This document shows, piece by piece, positions 46,987 to 57,479 of a stretch of 64,000 bases of DNA. This DNA is from a candidate division TM6 bacterium GW2011_GWF2_28_16 (lineage in GTDB: Bacteria; Patescibacteriota; Microgenomatia; UBA1400; PJMF01): positions 462,936 through 526,935 of the forward strand of contig CP011212.1 in the NCBI GenBank assembly GCA_001029715.1. The letters are read 5' to 3'. Numbering within the stretch: the stretch's first letter is position 1; every line of letters starts with the position of its first letter. The notes beneath the pieces are model-generated. The model did no database searches. It saw only the letters and a program-made list of their open reading frames with translations, and was not told the DNA's origin. A program made the translations under genes and the position numbers.

Positions 46987-48447
46987 ATGATTTATCTGAT
47001 TCTGCTTTTAGCCATTGTCTTACGTTTGCCTCTTCTCAATGGTTCTTTTTGGCTAGATGAGGCCGCCCAATTCTTAGAAAGTGCTAGACCCTTGTCACAG
47101 CAGCTAAATATTGTGGACGATTTTCAACCACCACTGATGCATTTGCTCACTTTTTTCAGTATTCGTTTGGGTAATTTATTTGGCTTAGGTCAAACAGAGT
47201 GGTGGCTACGCTTAGTTCCTAGTTTAATTCCGGGAGTTCTGACTATTTGGGCACTTTACTATCTGGCACTTAAGCTTACCAATCGCAAAATTTCCCTTCT
47301 TAGCAGTCTTTTTGTGGCTACTTCTTCTTTCCATATTTTTTATTCTCAGGAATTGCGTCCTTACAGTTTACCCGCACTATGGGCTATTTTAGCTACTTGG
47401 CAAATGTTGCTAATACTAAAAAGTAAAACCAAAAAACCCCTCGTTTTATTCATCATCTTTTCTATCCTTGGACTTTATTCATCTTACCTCTATCCATTTT
47501 TACTGATTGGCCAATTTATTTATTTACTTAAAGAAAAATTGTCTTTCTCCAAAATTCTTATCACCGGTGGATTGATTGTGGCTGGCTTTTTACCTTGGTT
47601 GCCAAAGTTTTTAGAACAATTGCAGGCTGGTCAAGCGCTGCGCTCAAGTATGCCTGGCTGGTCAGAAACTGTCAGTCTACCAATCTTTAAAACTGCCCTG
47701 ATTCTGCCACTCAAGTTCGTCTTCGGCATCAGTAATTTGGAAATAAATTTGTCTTATGCATTTTTAGCCTTAATCGTCTTCGTTCCATTAGCTTATTTAC
47801 TTTTTTTAAGTCTAGGTCAAAAACAAAAACACTTGAACTTCTTCTTTTGTATTTTATTTTTACCTTTATTACTGAGTTGGGTAGTGTCCTTTTTTGTCCC
47901 AGTGCTGCAAGCCAAAAGAGTTTTGTTTCTTTTACCAATCTTCGCCATGCTAGAAGCTTTTCTAATCATGACTTATTACAAACAAAAACCTCATTTAGTC
48001 AAAATCTTAGTCTCGGCAATTTTAATCATCAATCTTTTTTCAACTGTAGCTTATTGGACTAAAGCAAATTTACAAAGAGAGAATTGGCGTGCTCTAACTC
48101 AAGAAATTACTGCCAAATTTCCTAAAAATGAGACCGCAGTCGTCTTTTCCTTCAACGCTCCTTTTGCTCCTTGGGAATTTTACGATCAAACATGTTTTAA
48201 CACTTTTAGTTCTGGAGTTTATTACACCAGTGATTTGGAAAATCCTGCGGAAACCTTCAAAGCTTTAAGTGATTATTCTTATGTCCTAGTTTTTGATTAT
48301 CTGCGAGATCTGACCGATCCAGAAGATGTCTTGCTTAAAACCGTTCGTGATCTAGGTTTCAAGGAGGTTGGCGTGCTAGACTATCCTAATATTGGTTTTG
48401 TGCGCATTTACACCTTAGATAATATTATTATTGCGAAGGCAAAGTAA
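46987..48447 (+). CDS. GT-C (GT39-like) glycosyltransferase
   Basis: SFWLDE, QPPL, EWWLR, YSQELRPYSL, RENWR; start moved to 46987. Confidence 0.85.
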   Translation: MIYLILLLAIVLRLPLLNGSFWLDEAAQFLESARPLSQQLNIVDDFQPPLMHLLTFFSIRLGNLFGLGQTEWWLRLVPSLIPGVLTIWALYYLALKLTNRKISLLSSLFVATSSFHIFYSQELRPYSLPALWAILATWQMLLILKSKTKKPLVLFIIFSILGLYSSYLYPFLLIGQFIYLLKEKLSFSKILITGGLIVAGFLPWLPKFLEQLQAGQALRSSMPGWSETVSLPIFKTALILPLKFVFGISNLEINLSYAFLALIVFVPLAYLLFLSLGQKQKHLNFFFCILFLPLLLSWVVSFFVPVLQAKRVLFLLPIFAMLEAFLIMTYYKQKPHLVKILVSAILIINLFSTVAYWTKANLQRENWRALTQEITAKFPKNETAVVFSFNAPFAPWEFYDQTCFNTFSSGVYYTSDLENPAETFKALSDYSYVLVFDYLRDLTDPEDVLLKTVRDLGFKEVGVLDYPNIGFVRIYTLDNIIIAKAK

Positions 48448-48450
48448 AAA

Positions 48451-49596
48451 ATGAAAATTGGTATCGACGTTTCCAGCTTAACTTATCAACGCGGTGTTTC
48501 CCGTTACACTGGTGATTTAGTCAAGGCTCTGGCTAAAGAACAAAACGCTGAATTATTTCTCTATGGCACTTCACTGCGTCAACAAAAATTACTCAAAGCA
48601 GAACTGCGTAAGGTTTTACGTAGTGTCACCCCAGATCGCTATGATCTCAAATTGCAACATTTTCCGCCTTCACTTTTAGCTAAGGCTTGGAGCTTGGGTC
48701 TCAATCCCATTAAAAAACAATTTCCTCAAATAGATGTCTTTCATAGTTGGGATTGGTTGCAACCTCCAGACAAGGATCTGCCTCTCGTTTCAACTATTCA
48801 CGATCTAGCTATTATTCGCTTTCCAGAGGTAGCTCATCCAAAAGTCCTAAAAATGCATCAAGATTCTTGGCAAATTTTGCGTGAACGCAAAGCTCAAATT
48901 ATTGCTGTTTCAGAAGCCACCAAAAGTGATATTTTGCGCTACTTAGAAATTCCCAGTCAACAAGTGACTGTTGTTCATGAGGCTTTACCAACTCAAATCG
49001 GGGAGATTGGTCAAAAATTGAATGACAATCCAGATTTAGTTTTAACTATTAAAAAAAGACTTAATCTTAATAAGCCTTATTTATTTTTTGTTGGCACTAG
49101 AGAACCTCGTAAGAACTTGGCTCGTCTTATTCAAGCCTGGCTACCACTAGCCAAAGATTATCAATTAATTATTGCCGGTGAACAGTCTTGGGATGGTAGT
49201 GAACAAATTAGTAAAAACCCTAATCTTAGATTTATGGGCAGAGTGAGTGATTCTGAATTAGCAGTTTTGTACCATAACGCCGAGTTATTCGTTTATCCAA
49301 GTCTTTATGAGGGCTTTGGTCTGCCAGTTCTAGAGGCTTTTGCTTATGGTGTGCCAGTCGTTAGCTCAGATATTCCTGCCATTAGAGAAGTGGCTGGTAA
49401 TGCGGCAGAATTAGCCAATCCTTTGGATGAAACATCCATCCGTCAATCGATGGAAAAGATTTTAAATGAGAAAAAAACCGACAGTGAAAATCGTATTAAA
49501 AAAATGATTATTCGTCTACAACTTTTTAATTGGCAAAAAACCGCTCGCCAAACCATGAGTGTTTATCAGCGAGCTATTGATAATTTTGGAAACTAA
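48451..49596 (+). CDS. GT4 glycosyltransferase
   Basis: GVSRY, TIHDL, VGTREPRKN, YPSLYEGFGLPVLEA. Confidence 0.92.
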   Translation: MKIGIDVSSLTYQRGVSRYTGDLVKALAKEQNAELFLYGTSLRQQKLLKAELRKVLRSVTPDRYDLKLQHFPPSLLAKAWSLGLNPIKKQFPQIDVFHSWDWLQPPDKDLPLVSTIHDLAIIRFPEVAHPKVLKMHQDSWQILRERKAQIIAVSEATKSDILRYLEIPSQQVTVVHEALPTQIGEIGQKLNDNPDLVLTIKKRLNLNKPYLFFVGTREPRKNLARLIQAWLPLAKDYQLIIAGEQSWDGSEQISKNPNLRFMGRVSDSELAVLYHNAELFVYPSLYEGFGLPVLEAFAYGVPVVSSDIPAIREVAGNAAELANPLDETSIRQSMEKILNEKKTDSENRIKKMIIRLQLFNWQKTARQTMSVYQRAIDNFGN

Positions 49597-49598
49597 AT

Positions 49599-50762
49599 AT
49601 GCTTAAAATCGCCATTGATGGTAATGAAGCCAATGTCCAAAATCGCGTCGGGAGCAACACCTACGCTTTTATGATTATTTCTGAAATTTATAAATTAACT
49701 GCTAATCGCAAAAACATTGATGTCACCATCCTTCTATCTAGTGAAAAATTAGCTGATTTACCAGCAAAAAGAAATAATTGGCGCTACATGGTCCTTGGTC
49801 CAAAGAAGTTTTGGACACAGTGGGCTCTACCGATTCATTTATTTCTTCATCAAAAAGATTATCAAATCTTTTTCACTCCTTCTCATTACGCTCCAAGAAT
49901 TTCTAGTGTTCCTTACGTCAGTAGCGTTATGGATCTAGCTTACTTGCACTATCCCAAACAATTTCGCGCCAATGACCTATTGCAGCTTAAAAACTGGACT
50001 AAATACAGTGTTAAAAACGCTCGCAAAATTATTACCATTAGTAAATTCTCCAAAAAAGAAATTCAGACTCATTATCATCGTTTGAGCAAAGACATTATTG
50101 TTGCTAATCCCTCTTTTCAATTTGTTCATTCCGCTCCGCTTGAAGAAGTTAAGGCTTTTTTCAAAGAGAAAGGCATTAAAAATAAATATTTTCTTTATCT
50201 GGGCACTCTTCAGCCACGTAAAAATATCACCACTTTGATTACTGCTTATGAGGAATTCTTACGAAAATCCGCTGCTTATAATTTAAAAAGCAAAAACAAA
50301 AGCCAAAAGCAAATTGGCGAACCTAATTTAGTCATCGCCGGCAAAATTGGTTGGCTAGCTGAAGATATTCTTAAACGGATTGAGGATTCGCCTGTCAAAG
50401 AAAAAATTATTCTCACTGGCTTTGTTGAAGATAAATTTAAGCGCGCTCTTTATCAAAACGCTATAGCCAGTCTTCTTGTTTCACTTTATGAAGGTTTTGG
50501 TATTCCAGCCCTTGAATCAATGCAAACTGGGACGATTCCTATTGTTTCCGATGACTCTAGTTTGCCAGAAGTAGTAGACAAAGCTGGTTTCTTGGTCAAA
50601 GCCAATAATCCTCACGAGATTAGCACTGCCATGATGAAGGCCTATCAAATGCCTTATAAAGAATTATTGAAATATAAAACTGCTATGCGTCGCCAAGCTA
50701 AAAAGTTTTCTTGGCAGCAGTCAGCCAAGATAGTTCTAAAAACCTTAGAAAATGAAAAATAA
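49599..50762 (+). CDS. GT4 glycosyltransferase
   Basis: LGTLQPRKN, SLYEGFGIPALESM, SSLPEV. Confidence 0.92.
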   Translation: MLKIAIDGNEANVQNRVGSNTYAFMIISEIYKLTANRKNIDVTILLSSEKLADLPAKRNNWRYMVLGPKKFWTQWALPIHLFLHQKDYQIFFTPSHYAPRISSVPYVSSVMDLAYLHYPKQFRANDLLQLKNWTKYSVKNARKIITISKFSKKEIQTHYHRLSKDIIVANPSFQFVHSAPLEEVKAFFKEKGIKNKYFLYLGTLQPRKNITTLITAYEEFLRKSAAYNLKSKNKSQKQIGEPNLVIAGKIGWLAEDILKRIEDSPVKEKIILTGFVEDKFKRALYQNAIASLLVSLYEGFGIPALESMQTGTIPIVSDDSSLPEVVDKAGFLVKANNPHEISTAMMKAYQMPYKELLKYKTAMRRQAKKFSWQQSAKIVLKTLENEK

Positions 50763-51240
50763 CCCCATCATCATTGGCATTGATCCTGGCTACGATCGGG
50801 TTGGCCTCGCCATTGGTCAAAAAGATGGCCAAAACTGGCAAATTATGGCTCACGCTTGCATTCAAACTGATAAAAAAGCTCATCTCTTTGCTCGCTATGC
50901 GCAAATTGCTGAAGAATTAGAAAAGCTAATCCTCAAATACAAAGTCACTGAGGCAGGCATTGAATCGCTTTTTTGGTTTAAAAATAAAAGCACAGCTCTC
51001 GACGTTAGCGAAGCCAGAGGAATTATCATCGCCACCTTACTTAGACAAGGGATAAAAATCTCTGAATATACGCCTTTGCAGATCAAACAAAGTCTAACTG
51101 GCTATGGACGAGCCGATAAAAAAGCGGTAGAAAAGATGGTGAGGATGGAATTAACTCTTGAGGGTAAGATTATTGACGACACCATCGACGCCCTGGCTAC
51201 TATGATTTGTCATGAGTGCTCCAGAAAGTTGAAATTATGA
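50752..51240 (+). CDS. ruvC: Holliday junction resolvase RuvC
   Basis: IGIDPG, IESLF, EARG, YTPLQIK...TGYGRADK, DD..DALA. Confidence 0.96.
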   Translation: MKNNPIIIGIDPGYDRVGLAIGQKDGQNWQIMAHACIQTDKKAHLFARYAQIAEELEKLILKYKVTEAGIESLFWFKNKSTALDVSEARGIIIATLLRQGIKISEYTPLQIKQSLTGYGRADKKAVEKMVRMELTLEGKIIDDTIDALATMICHECSRKLKL

Positions 51241-51809
51241 TTGCATATTTAGAGGGACAAGCTTTAGTCAAAAAAGATCACCTGATTGTTTTAACAGGTG
51301 GCGTTGGCTATCTGGTTTTCGTCGGTTCGAGGTTGCTCTCAAGACAGAATGGAGAATTAATTGCTCTCTACATTTATAGTCATATTAAAGAAGACCGTTT
51401 TGAACTCTATGGCTTCCAGACTGAAGAAGAATTAGGCATTTTTAAAATGCTCATTGCTATTTCTGGAGTCGGTCCTAAGACTGCGCTCTCTTTAGCTGAT
51501 GCCGGCACTGATAAGCTAATTGAAGCTGTTAGACAAGCTCAGACTAGTTTTTTTACCAATGTTCCTCGAGTTGGCAAGAAATTAGCCCAAAAAATTATTA
51601 TTGAACTTAAAACTAAATTGGGCAGTTTAAAAGAACTCAACCTCAGTACTCTTAGTCCAAAAGCTCAAGATGTGATGGATGCTTTGCTTGGTCTTGGTTT
51701 TGAGGAAAATGATATTCAAAATATCATGGCAGAGATTGATATTGAGAGTATGGATTTGCAGGTGGCCATCAAAACCATTATTAAAACCAGTAGCAACAAT
51801 AATAAATAA
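51237..51809 (+). CDS. ruvA: Holliday junction branch migration protein RuvA
   Basis: MIAYLEG, GGVGY, LYGF, ISGVGPKTA, VPRVGKKLAQKIIIEL; ATGA overlap with ruvC. Confidence 0.96.
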   Translation: MIAYLEGQALVKKDHLIVLTGGVGYLVFVGSRLLSRQNGELIALYIYSHIKEDRFELYGFQTEEELGIFKMLIAISGVGPKTALSLADAGTDKLIEAVRQAQTSFFTNVPRVGKKLAQKIIIELKTKLGSLKELNLSTLSPKAQDVMDALLGLGFEENDIQNIMAEIDIESMDLQVAIKTIIKTSSNNNK

Positions 51810-52822
51810 TGATAAAAAACGATCTAAATAATCCTCTAGTCTCAATCAATGATGAAGAAATGCTCTTTACTTCTTTGCGCGCTCAAGACTGGCAAGAATT
51901 TACCGGTCAAGACAACATCAAGAAGTCTCTCCAAATTGCTATCAAAGCTGCCAAACAGCGTCATGAGGCGGTTGACCATATTTTGTTTTATGGCCCTCCA
52001 GGACTTGGCAAAACCACTCTTTCACAATTAATCGCTAAAGAAATGGGTAGTAATTTTAAAGTCACTTCTGGCACAGCTCTTTCTAAAGCTGGCGATCTAG
52101 CCGCTATTCTCACTAATCTTGAAGACGGCGATGTTCTATTTATCGATGAAATTCACCGTTTACCAAAAGCAGTTGAAGAAACTCTTTATCCAGCCATGGA
52201 AGATTTCGCTCTGGATATTGTCATTGGCAAAGGTCCCTCAGCCCGCACAGTGCGTTTAGATCTGGCTAAATTTACTCTGGTTGGCGCCACTACTCGTTTT
52301 GGCTTATTAACTGGACCTTTTAGAGATCGTTTTGGTTTGATTCATCGTGTTGAATTTTATAAACCGCTTGAGTTAGGGAAAATCTTACAAGCAGCTAGTA
52401 AGAAACTAGGAGCCAGCTTGGATGAAAAAGCTGCTGTCGCCATTGCCCAACGCTCCAGAGGCACACCACGTATTTCACTTAAACTTCTCAAAAGAGTTCG
52501 CGACTTCGCTCAAGTTCTTGAAAAAAAAGCCATTAATTTGGATCTCGTCCATCAAGCTTTGAGTATCTTTGAAATTGACGAATTAGGTTTAGATGAAAAT
52601 GATCGTCGCCTCATTATGGCGATGATTGAAAAACATAATGGTGGGCCAGTTGGCCTCAAAACTCTTTCTGCCTCCATTAATGAAGATCCTGGCACTATCG
52701 AAGAAGTCTTAGAACCGTATTTGATTCAAATTGGTTTTATTAAGCGCAGTCCATCTGGTAGAGTATTAAGCAAACAGGCTTACATTCATTTTGGAGTAAA
52801 AGCTCCAGCTGATGTATACTAA
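51809..52822 (+). CDS. ruvB: Holliday junction branch migration helicase RuvB
   Basis: GPPGLGKTT, FIDEIHRL, LYPAMED, GATTR, RGTPR, GGPVG, EPYL. Confidence 0.98.
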   Translation: MIKNDLNNPLVSINDEEMLFTSLRAQDWQEFTGQDNIKKSLQIAIKAAKQRHEAVDHILFYGPPGLGKTTLSQLIAKEMGSNFKVTSGTALSKAGDLAAILTNLEDGDVLFIDEIHRLPKAVEETLYPAMEDFALDIVIGKGPSARTVRLDLAKFTLVGATTRFGLLTGPFRDRFGLIHRVEFYKPLELGKILQAASKKLGASLDEKAAVAIAQRSRGTPRISLKLLKRVRDFAQVLEKKAINLDLVHQALSIFEIDELGLDENDRRLIMAMIEKHNGGPVGLKTLSASINEDPGTIEEVLEPYLIQIGFIKRSPSGRVLSKQAYIHFGVKAPADVY

Positions 52823-52827
52823 TAAAT

Positions 52828-53451
52828 ATGGCAATTACAGACAAGGACGGTAACCAACTTTCCGCTTCACAAGTTATTGAAAAAGTTTTAATTCGCATTA
52901 AAACTATTCATCTGGAATTAGTTACCGGTTTGCTTTGGTGGTTGGTGGGCTATATTCCATCTCATCATTTCCGCAGATTCTTCTATAAACTCTCTGGGAT
53001 GAAAATTGGTAGCAAATCTACTATTCACATGGGGGCTCGTATTTATTACCCAAGTGGGATTGAAATTGGAGAGGACACTTTGATTGGTGAAAAAGCCACT
53101 CTTGATGGTCGCAAACAACTCAAAAACTCCAAAGGCGGTCTCAAAATCGGCAATCATGTTGATATTGCTTCTGATGTCATGATTTGGACCAGTCAGCATG
53201 ATATTCACAGTGAAAATATGGCTACCATCGAAGAAAAAGTTACTATTGGCGATTATGTTTTCATCGGTCCTCGCTCTATCATTATGCCAGGAGTAACAAT
53301 CGGCAAAGGCGCCATTGTTGCTGGTGGAGCCGTAGTCACTAAAGACGTTGCAGAAATGAAAATCGTTGCTGGTGTTCCAGCCAAAGAAATTGGTGAGCGT
53401 CAAAGTAAAAATCTAAATTACAAATTAGGTCGCCCAAGACTCTTCCAGTAA
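52828..53451 (+). CDS. Hexapeptide-repeat (LbH) acyltransferase
   Basis: VTIGDYVFIG..SIIMPGVTIGKGAIVAGGAVVTKDV, GVPAK. Confidence 0.9.
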   Translation: MAITDKDGNQLSASQVIEKVLIRIKTIHLELVTGLLWWLVGYIPSHHFRRFFYKLSGMKIGSKSTIHMGARIYYPSGIEIGEDTLIGEKATLDGRKQLKNSKGGLKIGNHVDIASDVMIWTSQHDIHSENMATIEEKVTIGDYVFIGPRSIIMPGVTIGKGAIVAGGAVVTKDVAEMKIVAGVPAKEIGERQSKNLNYKLGRPRLFQ

Positions 53452-53475
53452 ATTACAAGCAATTAAAGGACTCAA

Positions 53476-54468
53476 ATGAATCTCTCTCTTATTACCGTTT
53501 CCTACAACACCAAAGAACTCACTCTCCAAACTCTAGAAACTGCTATCAAGGAAATCAATTCTTCCAAAATTCTTAAAGATCAAACAGAAATTTTTGTGGT
53601 CGATAATGATTCTAAGGATGGTTCACCAAAAGCCTGCGAAGAACTGCTGAAAAAACTCAAATTCCCTCATTACAAAGTTTTCGCTAACAAAGAAAATTTG
53701 GGTTTTGCTCGCGCTAATAACCAAGCCACTGAAGTCGCTAAAGGGAAATACATTATTTTACTCAACTCTGACACTATTACTCACAAAGGTGGTTTAAGTT
53801 TACTGGTTGAAGCAATGGAGCGAGGTGGTATTTCAGAGGAAACTGCTAATTCAAAAAATAGCAACCCATTAGACAAAATTGGCATCATCGTTCCAACCTT
53901 ACTTAATCCTGACGGCAGCATCCAGAATCAAGGTGGTTCTTTGCCAAGTTTAGGGACTGTTGCTTCACAAATGTTGTTTTTGGATGACATTCCTTTCTTA
54001 GGAAGATTTTTTCCATCCACTCAACACACCGGCATGAGCGATTTTGCTTTTGCTAGCTATGACGAAAACACTCCAAAATTGATTTTTAAAGATTGGGTGG
54101 CTGGCACTGCCATGATGATTCGCCGTGAATTAATTGATGACATTGGTATGCTAGATGGCAATATTTTTATGTATGGCGAAGACCAAGAATACTGCATGCG
54201 CGCTCGTAACCATCACTGGGATGTCGTGATTCATCCCAAAGCAAAAATCACTCATTTTGGCTGCGCCAGTTCTTCATCAAAAAATGCTATCCACGGGGAA
54301 ATGAAGGGCTATCTCTATATTTGGAAAAAACACATGCCCACTTGGCAATTACCAATTCTCAAATCCATCCTCTGGTTGGGTGCTTTTTTACGTCAAATGA
54401 TTTACGCCATCAGAGGTAAGGAAGTCCCTGCTTCCATTTACAAAGAGGCTAGAGCTCTGCTTAAATAA
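53476..54468 (+). CDS. GT2 glycosyltransferase (WbbL-like)
   Basis: VDNDS, NLGFARANN, LLNSD, IFMYGED. Confidence 0.88.
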   Translation: MNLSLITVSYNTKELTLQTLETAIKEINSSKILKDQTEIFVVDNDSKDGSPKACEELLKKLKFPHYKVFANKENLGFARANNQATEVAKGKYIILLNSDTITHKGGLSLLVEAMERGGISEETANSKNSNPLDKIGIIVPTLLNPDGSIQNQGGSLPSLGTVASQMLFLDDIPFLGRFFPSTQHTGMSDFAFASYDENTPKLIFKDWVAGTAMMIRRELIDDIGMLDGNIFMYGEDQEYCMRARNHHWDVVIHPKAKITHFGCASSSSKNAIHGEMKGYLYIWKKHMPTWQLPILKSILWLGAFLRQMIYAIRGKEVPASIYKEARALLK

Positions 54469-54472
54469 GATT

Positions 54473-56074
54473 ATGAATTTTTTACTCATCATCGCTAGTT
54501 TTCTTTTAGCTTTTATTCCGCTTTATCCAAAAATTCCCCTTTTTGATATTTTGCCTGGTTATATTGTCCGAGTAAGACTAGAAGATATTTTGATACTTTT
54601 AGCTTTTTCATATTATTTGATTCAATTAATCAGAAAAAAAGTCAGTTTTAAAAATCAAATTACACCTTGGATATTTGCTTACCTCTGTATTGCCAGTTTA
54701 TCTATTTTATCGGCTGTTTTTCTAATTAAAACTATTCCACCAGAACTAATTCACGTTGGAAAATCTGTTTTACATTTATTCAGATACACCGAATACTTTG
54801 CTTTGTTTTTTATCATGTTCTCTTCTATTAAAAAAACCAAGGATATCAAGGTTATTTTTTATAGCTTAATTTTTACTGTTCTCTCAATCACTGTTTATGG
54901 CTATGGTCAAAGATATTGGTATTGGCCAGTTTTTTCGACTATGAACCGCGAGTTTAGTAAAGGAATGGTTCTCTATTTAACTGAGCACGCCAGAGTGCAA
55001 TCAACTTTTGGCGGCCATTATGACCTAGCAGCCTATTTAGTCATTGTCTTGCCAATTTTTTATCTATTAGCTATCAATATCAAAAACAAATGGCAACGTC
55101 GTGGTCTTCATCTCGTTCACTTGCTTGGTCTCTGGCTTTTAGTCATGAGTGCTTCTCGCACTTCTTTCCTTGCTTATATAGGAGCTGTTTTGGCTGGTTT
55201 ATTCTTTTTTTCACTGACCAAACCCAAATTCATTAATAAAGTAGGTTATTTTTTCAAAAAAAGTTCGCTTTATATTTTAATGGTAGCAGTGATGATGTAC
55301 GCTTTTGGAGCTGACATGCGCGAACGTTTTGAGCAAGTTTTACAAGCTTATCCAAATGTTTATGAACCTTACCAAAAAACTCAAGACTTTATTGCCAAAC
55401 AAGCCGAGTTTATTAGCGATCCAATAGCCAAAATTAAAGAAATGAGAGAGTCCAAAAAACCTCAAAATGGTATCGCTTTTGATAATACTAACCTTGATAG
55501 TGTCCTAACTGCAACTGATCAGCAGCCAGTTAGCACTAGACCAATTGATGTTTATGAAGATATTCCCGATCAAGTTGCTAGTGAATCTGGCGGTGTAGTT
55601 ACCTACACAGAACAGCCTCGTGTTTGGTCAGACAACGCTCTTAAGTATGGTCTTTCATTTGCTATTCGTCTTGATGAGCTGTGGCCAAACGCCATCAAAG
55701 GCTTTATAAAGAGTCCTTTGCTTGGATCTGGTTATGCAACTTTAAACAAAAAAGAATATTACCAATTTACTGAAGCAGAAAGCACAGATAATAACTTCTT
55801 ACGCACTTTAGGAGAAACTGGCTTACTTGGCTTTCTCAGTTTTTACGGAGCAGTTGTTACGCTCCTAATTATTCTTTATAAAAACCAAAAAGAGCAGAGT
55901 AAACAGCTGAAAATTATCAACATTGCCTTCATTGCGGCTTCAATTGGCCTACTGCTTAATGCCTCCTATATCGACGTTTTTGCTTCATCCAAAGTAGCCT
56001 TCACTTATTGGGCTTTGGCTGGAGCAATCTTGGCCTACAATAATCATGTTAAAAAAAATAAAAAAGGTCTTTAA
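54473..56074 (+). CDS. O-antigen ligase/polymerase (Wzy_C/WaaL-like) protein
   Basis: R..STFG, SASRT, large loop, R...W, PLLGSG, TDNNFLRTLGETGLLG. Confidence 0.8.
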   Translation: MNFLLIIASFLLAFIPLYPKIPLFDILPGYIVRVRLEDILILLAFSYYLIQLIRKKVSFKNQITPWIFAYLCIASLSILSAVFLIKTIPPELIHVGKSVLHLFRYTEYFALFFIMFSSIKKTKDIKVIFYSLIFTVLSITVYGYGQRYWYWPVFSTMNREFSKGMVLYLTEHARVQSTFGGHYDLAAYLVIVLPIFYLLAINIKNKWQRRGLHLVHLLGLWLLVMSASRTSFLAYIGAVLAGLFFFSLTKPKFINKVGYFFKKSSLYILMVAVMMYAFGADMRERFEQVLQAYPNVYEPYQKTQDFIAKQAEFISDPIAKIKEMRESKKPQNGIAFDNTNLDSVLTATDQQPVSTRPIDVYEDIPDQVASESGGVVTYTEQPRVWSDNALKYGLSFAIRLDELWPNAIKGFIKSPLLGSGYATLNKKEYYQFTEAESTDNNFLRTLGETGLLGFLSFYGAVVTLLIILYKNQKEQSKQLKIINIAFIAASIGLLLNASYIDVFASSKVAFTYWALAGAILAYNNHVKKNKKGL

Positions 56075-57479
56075 GCAAGAGTTTTTTCAGCTTGCTTTGA
56101 TCTTATTACTAGCTTTTTCCCTGCGACTTTATCGGATCAATAATCCAGTCGCTGATTGGCATGCTTTTCGTCAAGCTGACACTGCTTCTGTCACTAGAGA
56201 ATATGTTAAGGCAGACAAAATTGACTTACTTAGACCGCATTATCAAGATCTTTCCAACATTCAATCGGGTTTTGATAACTTAGAGGGCTATAGAATGGTC
56301 GAATTTCCCTTCATTAATGCTTTTCTTGCTCTTATCCTAAAAACCTTTAAAGGTCTTGACCTAGTCTTGTTTAGTCGTCTTGCTTCAGTTTCTATTTCTC
56401 TCTTAACAATTTTAGTGCTTTATAAACTAGTCAGAGAAGTATCTGGCAAGAAAACAGCTCTGCTGAGTGCTTTTGTTTATGCTGTTTTGCCTTACAGTGT
56501 TTTTTATTCTAGAGCTATTCTGCCAGAGCCTTATTTTTTATTTTTTTCAACTTTATCAATCTGGCAGTTTTATTTATTTGCTAAGACAAAAAAATTCTCA
56601 AATTATTTCCTAGCATTATTAGGACTGCTCTTGGCTGCCTTGCTCAAGCCTTTTGTTATTTTCTTAGCCCCGGTTTATTTGATGATTTTATGGCAATTCC
56701 GTCACAATAGGATTTTGCTCGATCCAAGAGTTTACTTATTACCAATTTTAGCTTTTACTCCACTTTTAATCTGGCGCGAGTGGATTAAGGATTTTCCAAC
56801 TGGAATCCCAGTTTCTGATTGGCTTTTTAATGGCAATGGCATTCGTTTGCGACCAGCTTGGTTTCGCTGGCTTTTTTATGAAAGATTAACTAAATTATTT
56901 TTAGGTTACTTTGGCTTGACTTTTTTAGTGAGTAATTTATTCAAAAAAGGCAAAGGGTTCTATCTTTACGGAGCTTGGTGGCTGAGTGTTTTACTTTATT
57001 TTATCGTCATTGCCTCAGGTAATGTCCAGCATGATTATTACCAAAATTTCATCTTACCAATTGTTGCCATCTCTGTAGCACGAGGAATGATAATTCTTTA
57101 TGAAAAGTTAAATAAAAAAATCGCCCTAGCCACTGTTATTTCACTTTTTGCTCTTAGTTGGTTTTTTGCTAGCAAACAAATTAGTGGCTACTTTAATGTT
57201 AATCACTGGGAATATATTGAGGCTGGCAAAGCAGTCGATCAGTTAGTTGACCCACAAGCCTTGGTCATCGCGCCAGCCATGGGTGACACTCAGTTTCTTT
57301 TTCAGACCAATCGTCGTGGTTGGCCGATTGGTTTTGAAATAGAAGACAAAATCAATAAAGGGGCCTCTGTCTATGTTTCAACTGATTATGATTTTGAAGC
57401 TAAAGATTTAGAAAAAAAATATCAAGTGATTGCTAAAAATGACAATTACATTATTATTGATCTGAAAGCCAAGCAATAA
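56046..57479 (+). CDS. GT-C (ArnT-like) glycosyltransferase
   Basis: WHAFRQADTA, EFP, FYSRAILPE, HDYYQ. Confidence 0.82.
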   Translation: MLKKIKKVFKQEFFQLALILLLAFSLRLYRINNPVADWHAFRQADTASVTREYVKADKIDLLRPHYQDLSNIQSGFDNLEGYRMVEFPFINAFLALILKTFKGLDLVLFSRLASVSISLLTILVLYKLVREVSGKKTALLSAFVYAVLPYSVFYSRAILPEPYFLFFSTLSIWQFYLFAKTKKFSNYFLALLGLLLAALLKPFVIFLAPVYLMILWQFRHNRILLDPRVYLLPILAFTPLLIWREWIKDFPTGIPVSDWLFNGNGIRLRPAWFRWLFYERLTKLFLGYFGLTFLVSNLFKKGKGFYLYGAWWLSVLLYFIVIASGNVQHDYYQNFILPIVAISVARGMIILYEKLNKKIALATVISLFALSWFFASKQISGYFNVNHWEYIEAGKAVDQLVDPQALVIAPAMGDTQFLFQTNRRGWPIGFEIEDKINKGASVYVSTDYDFEAKDLEKKYQVIAKNDNYIIIDLKAKQ

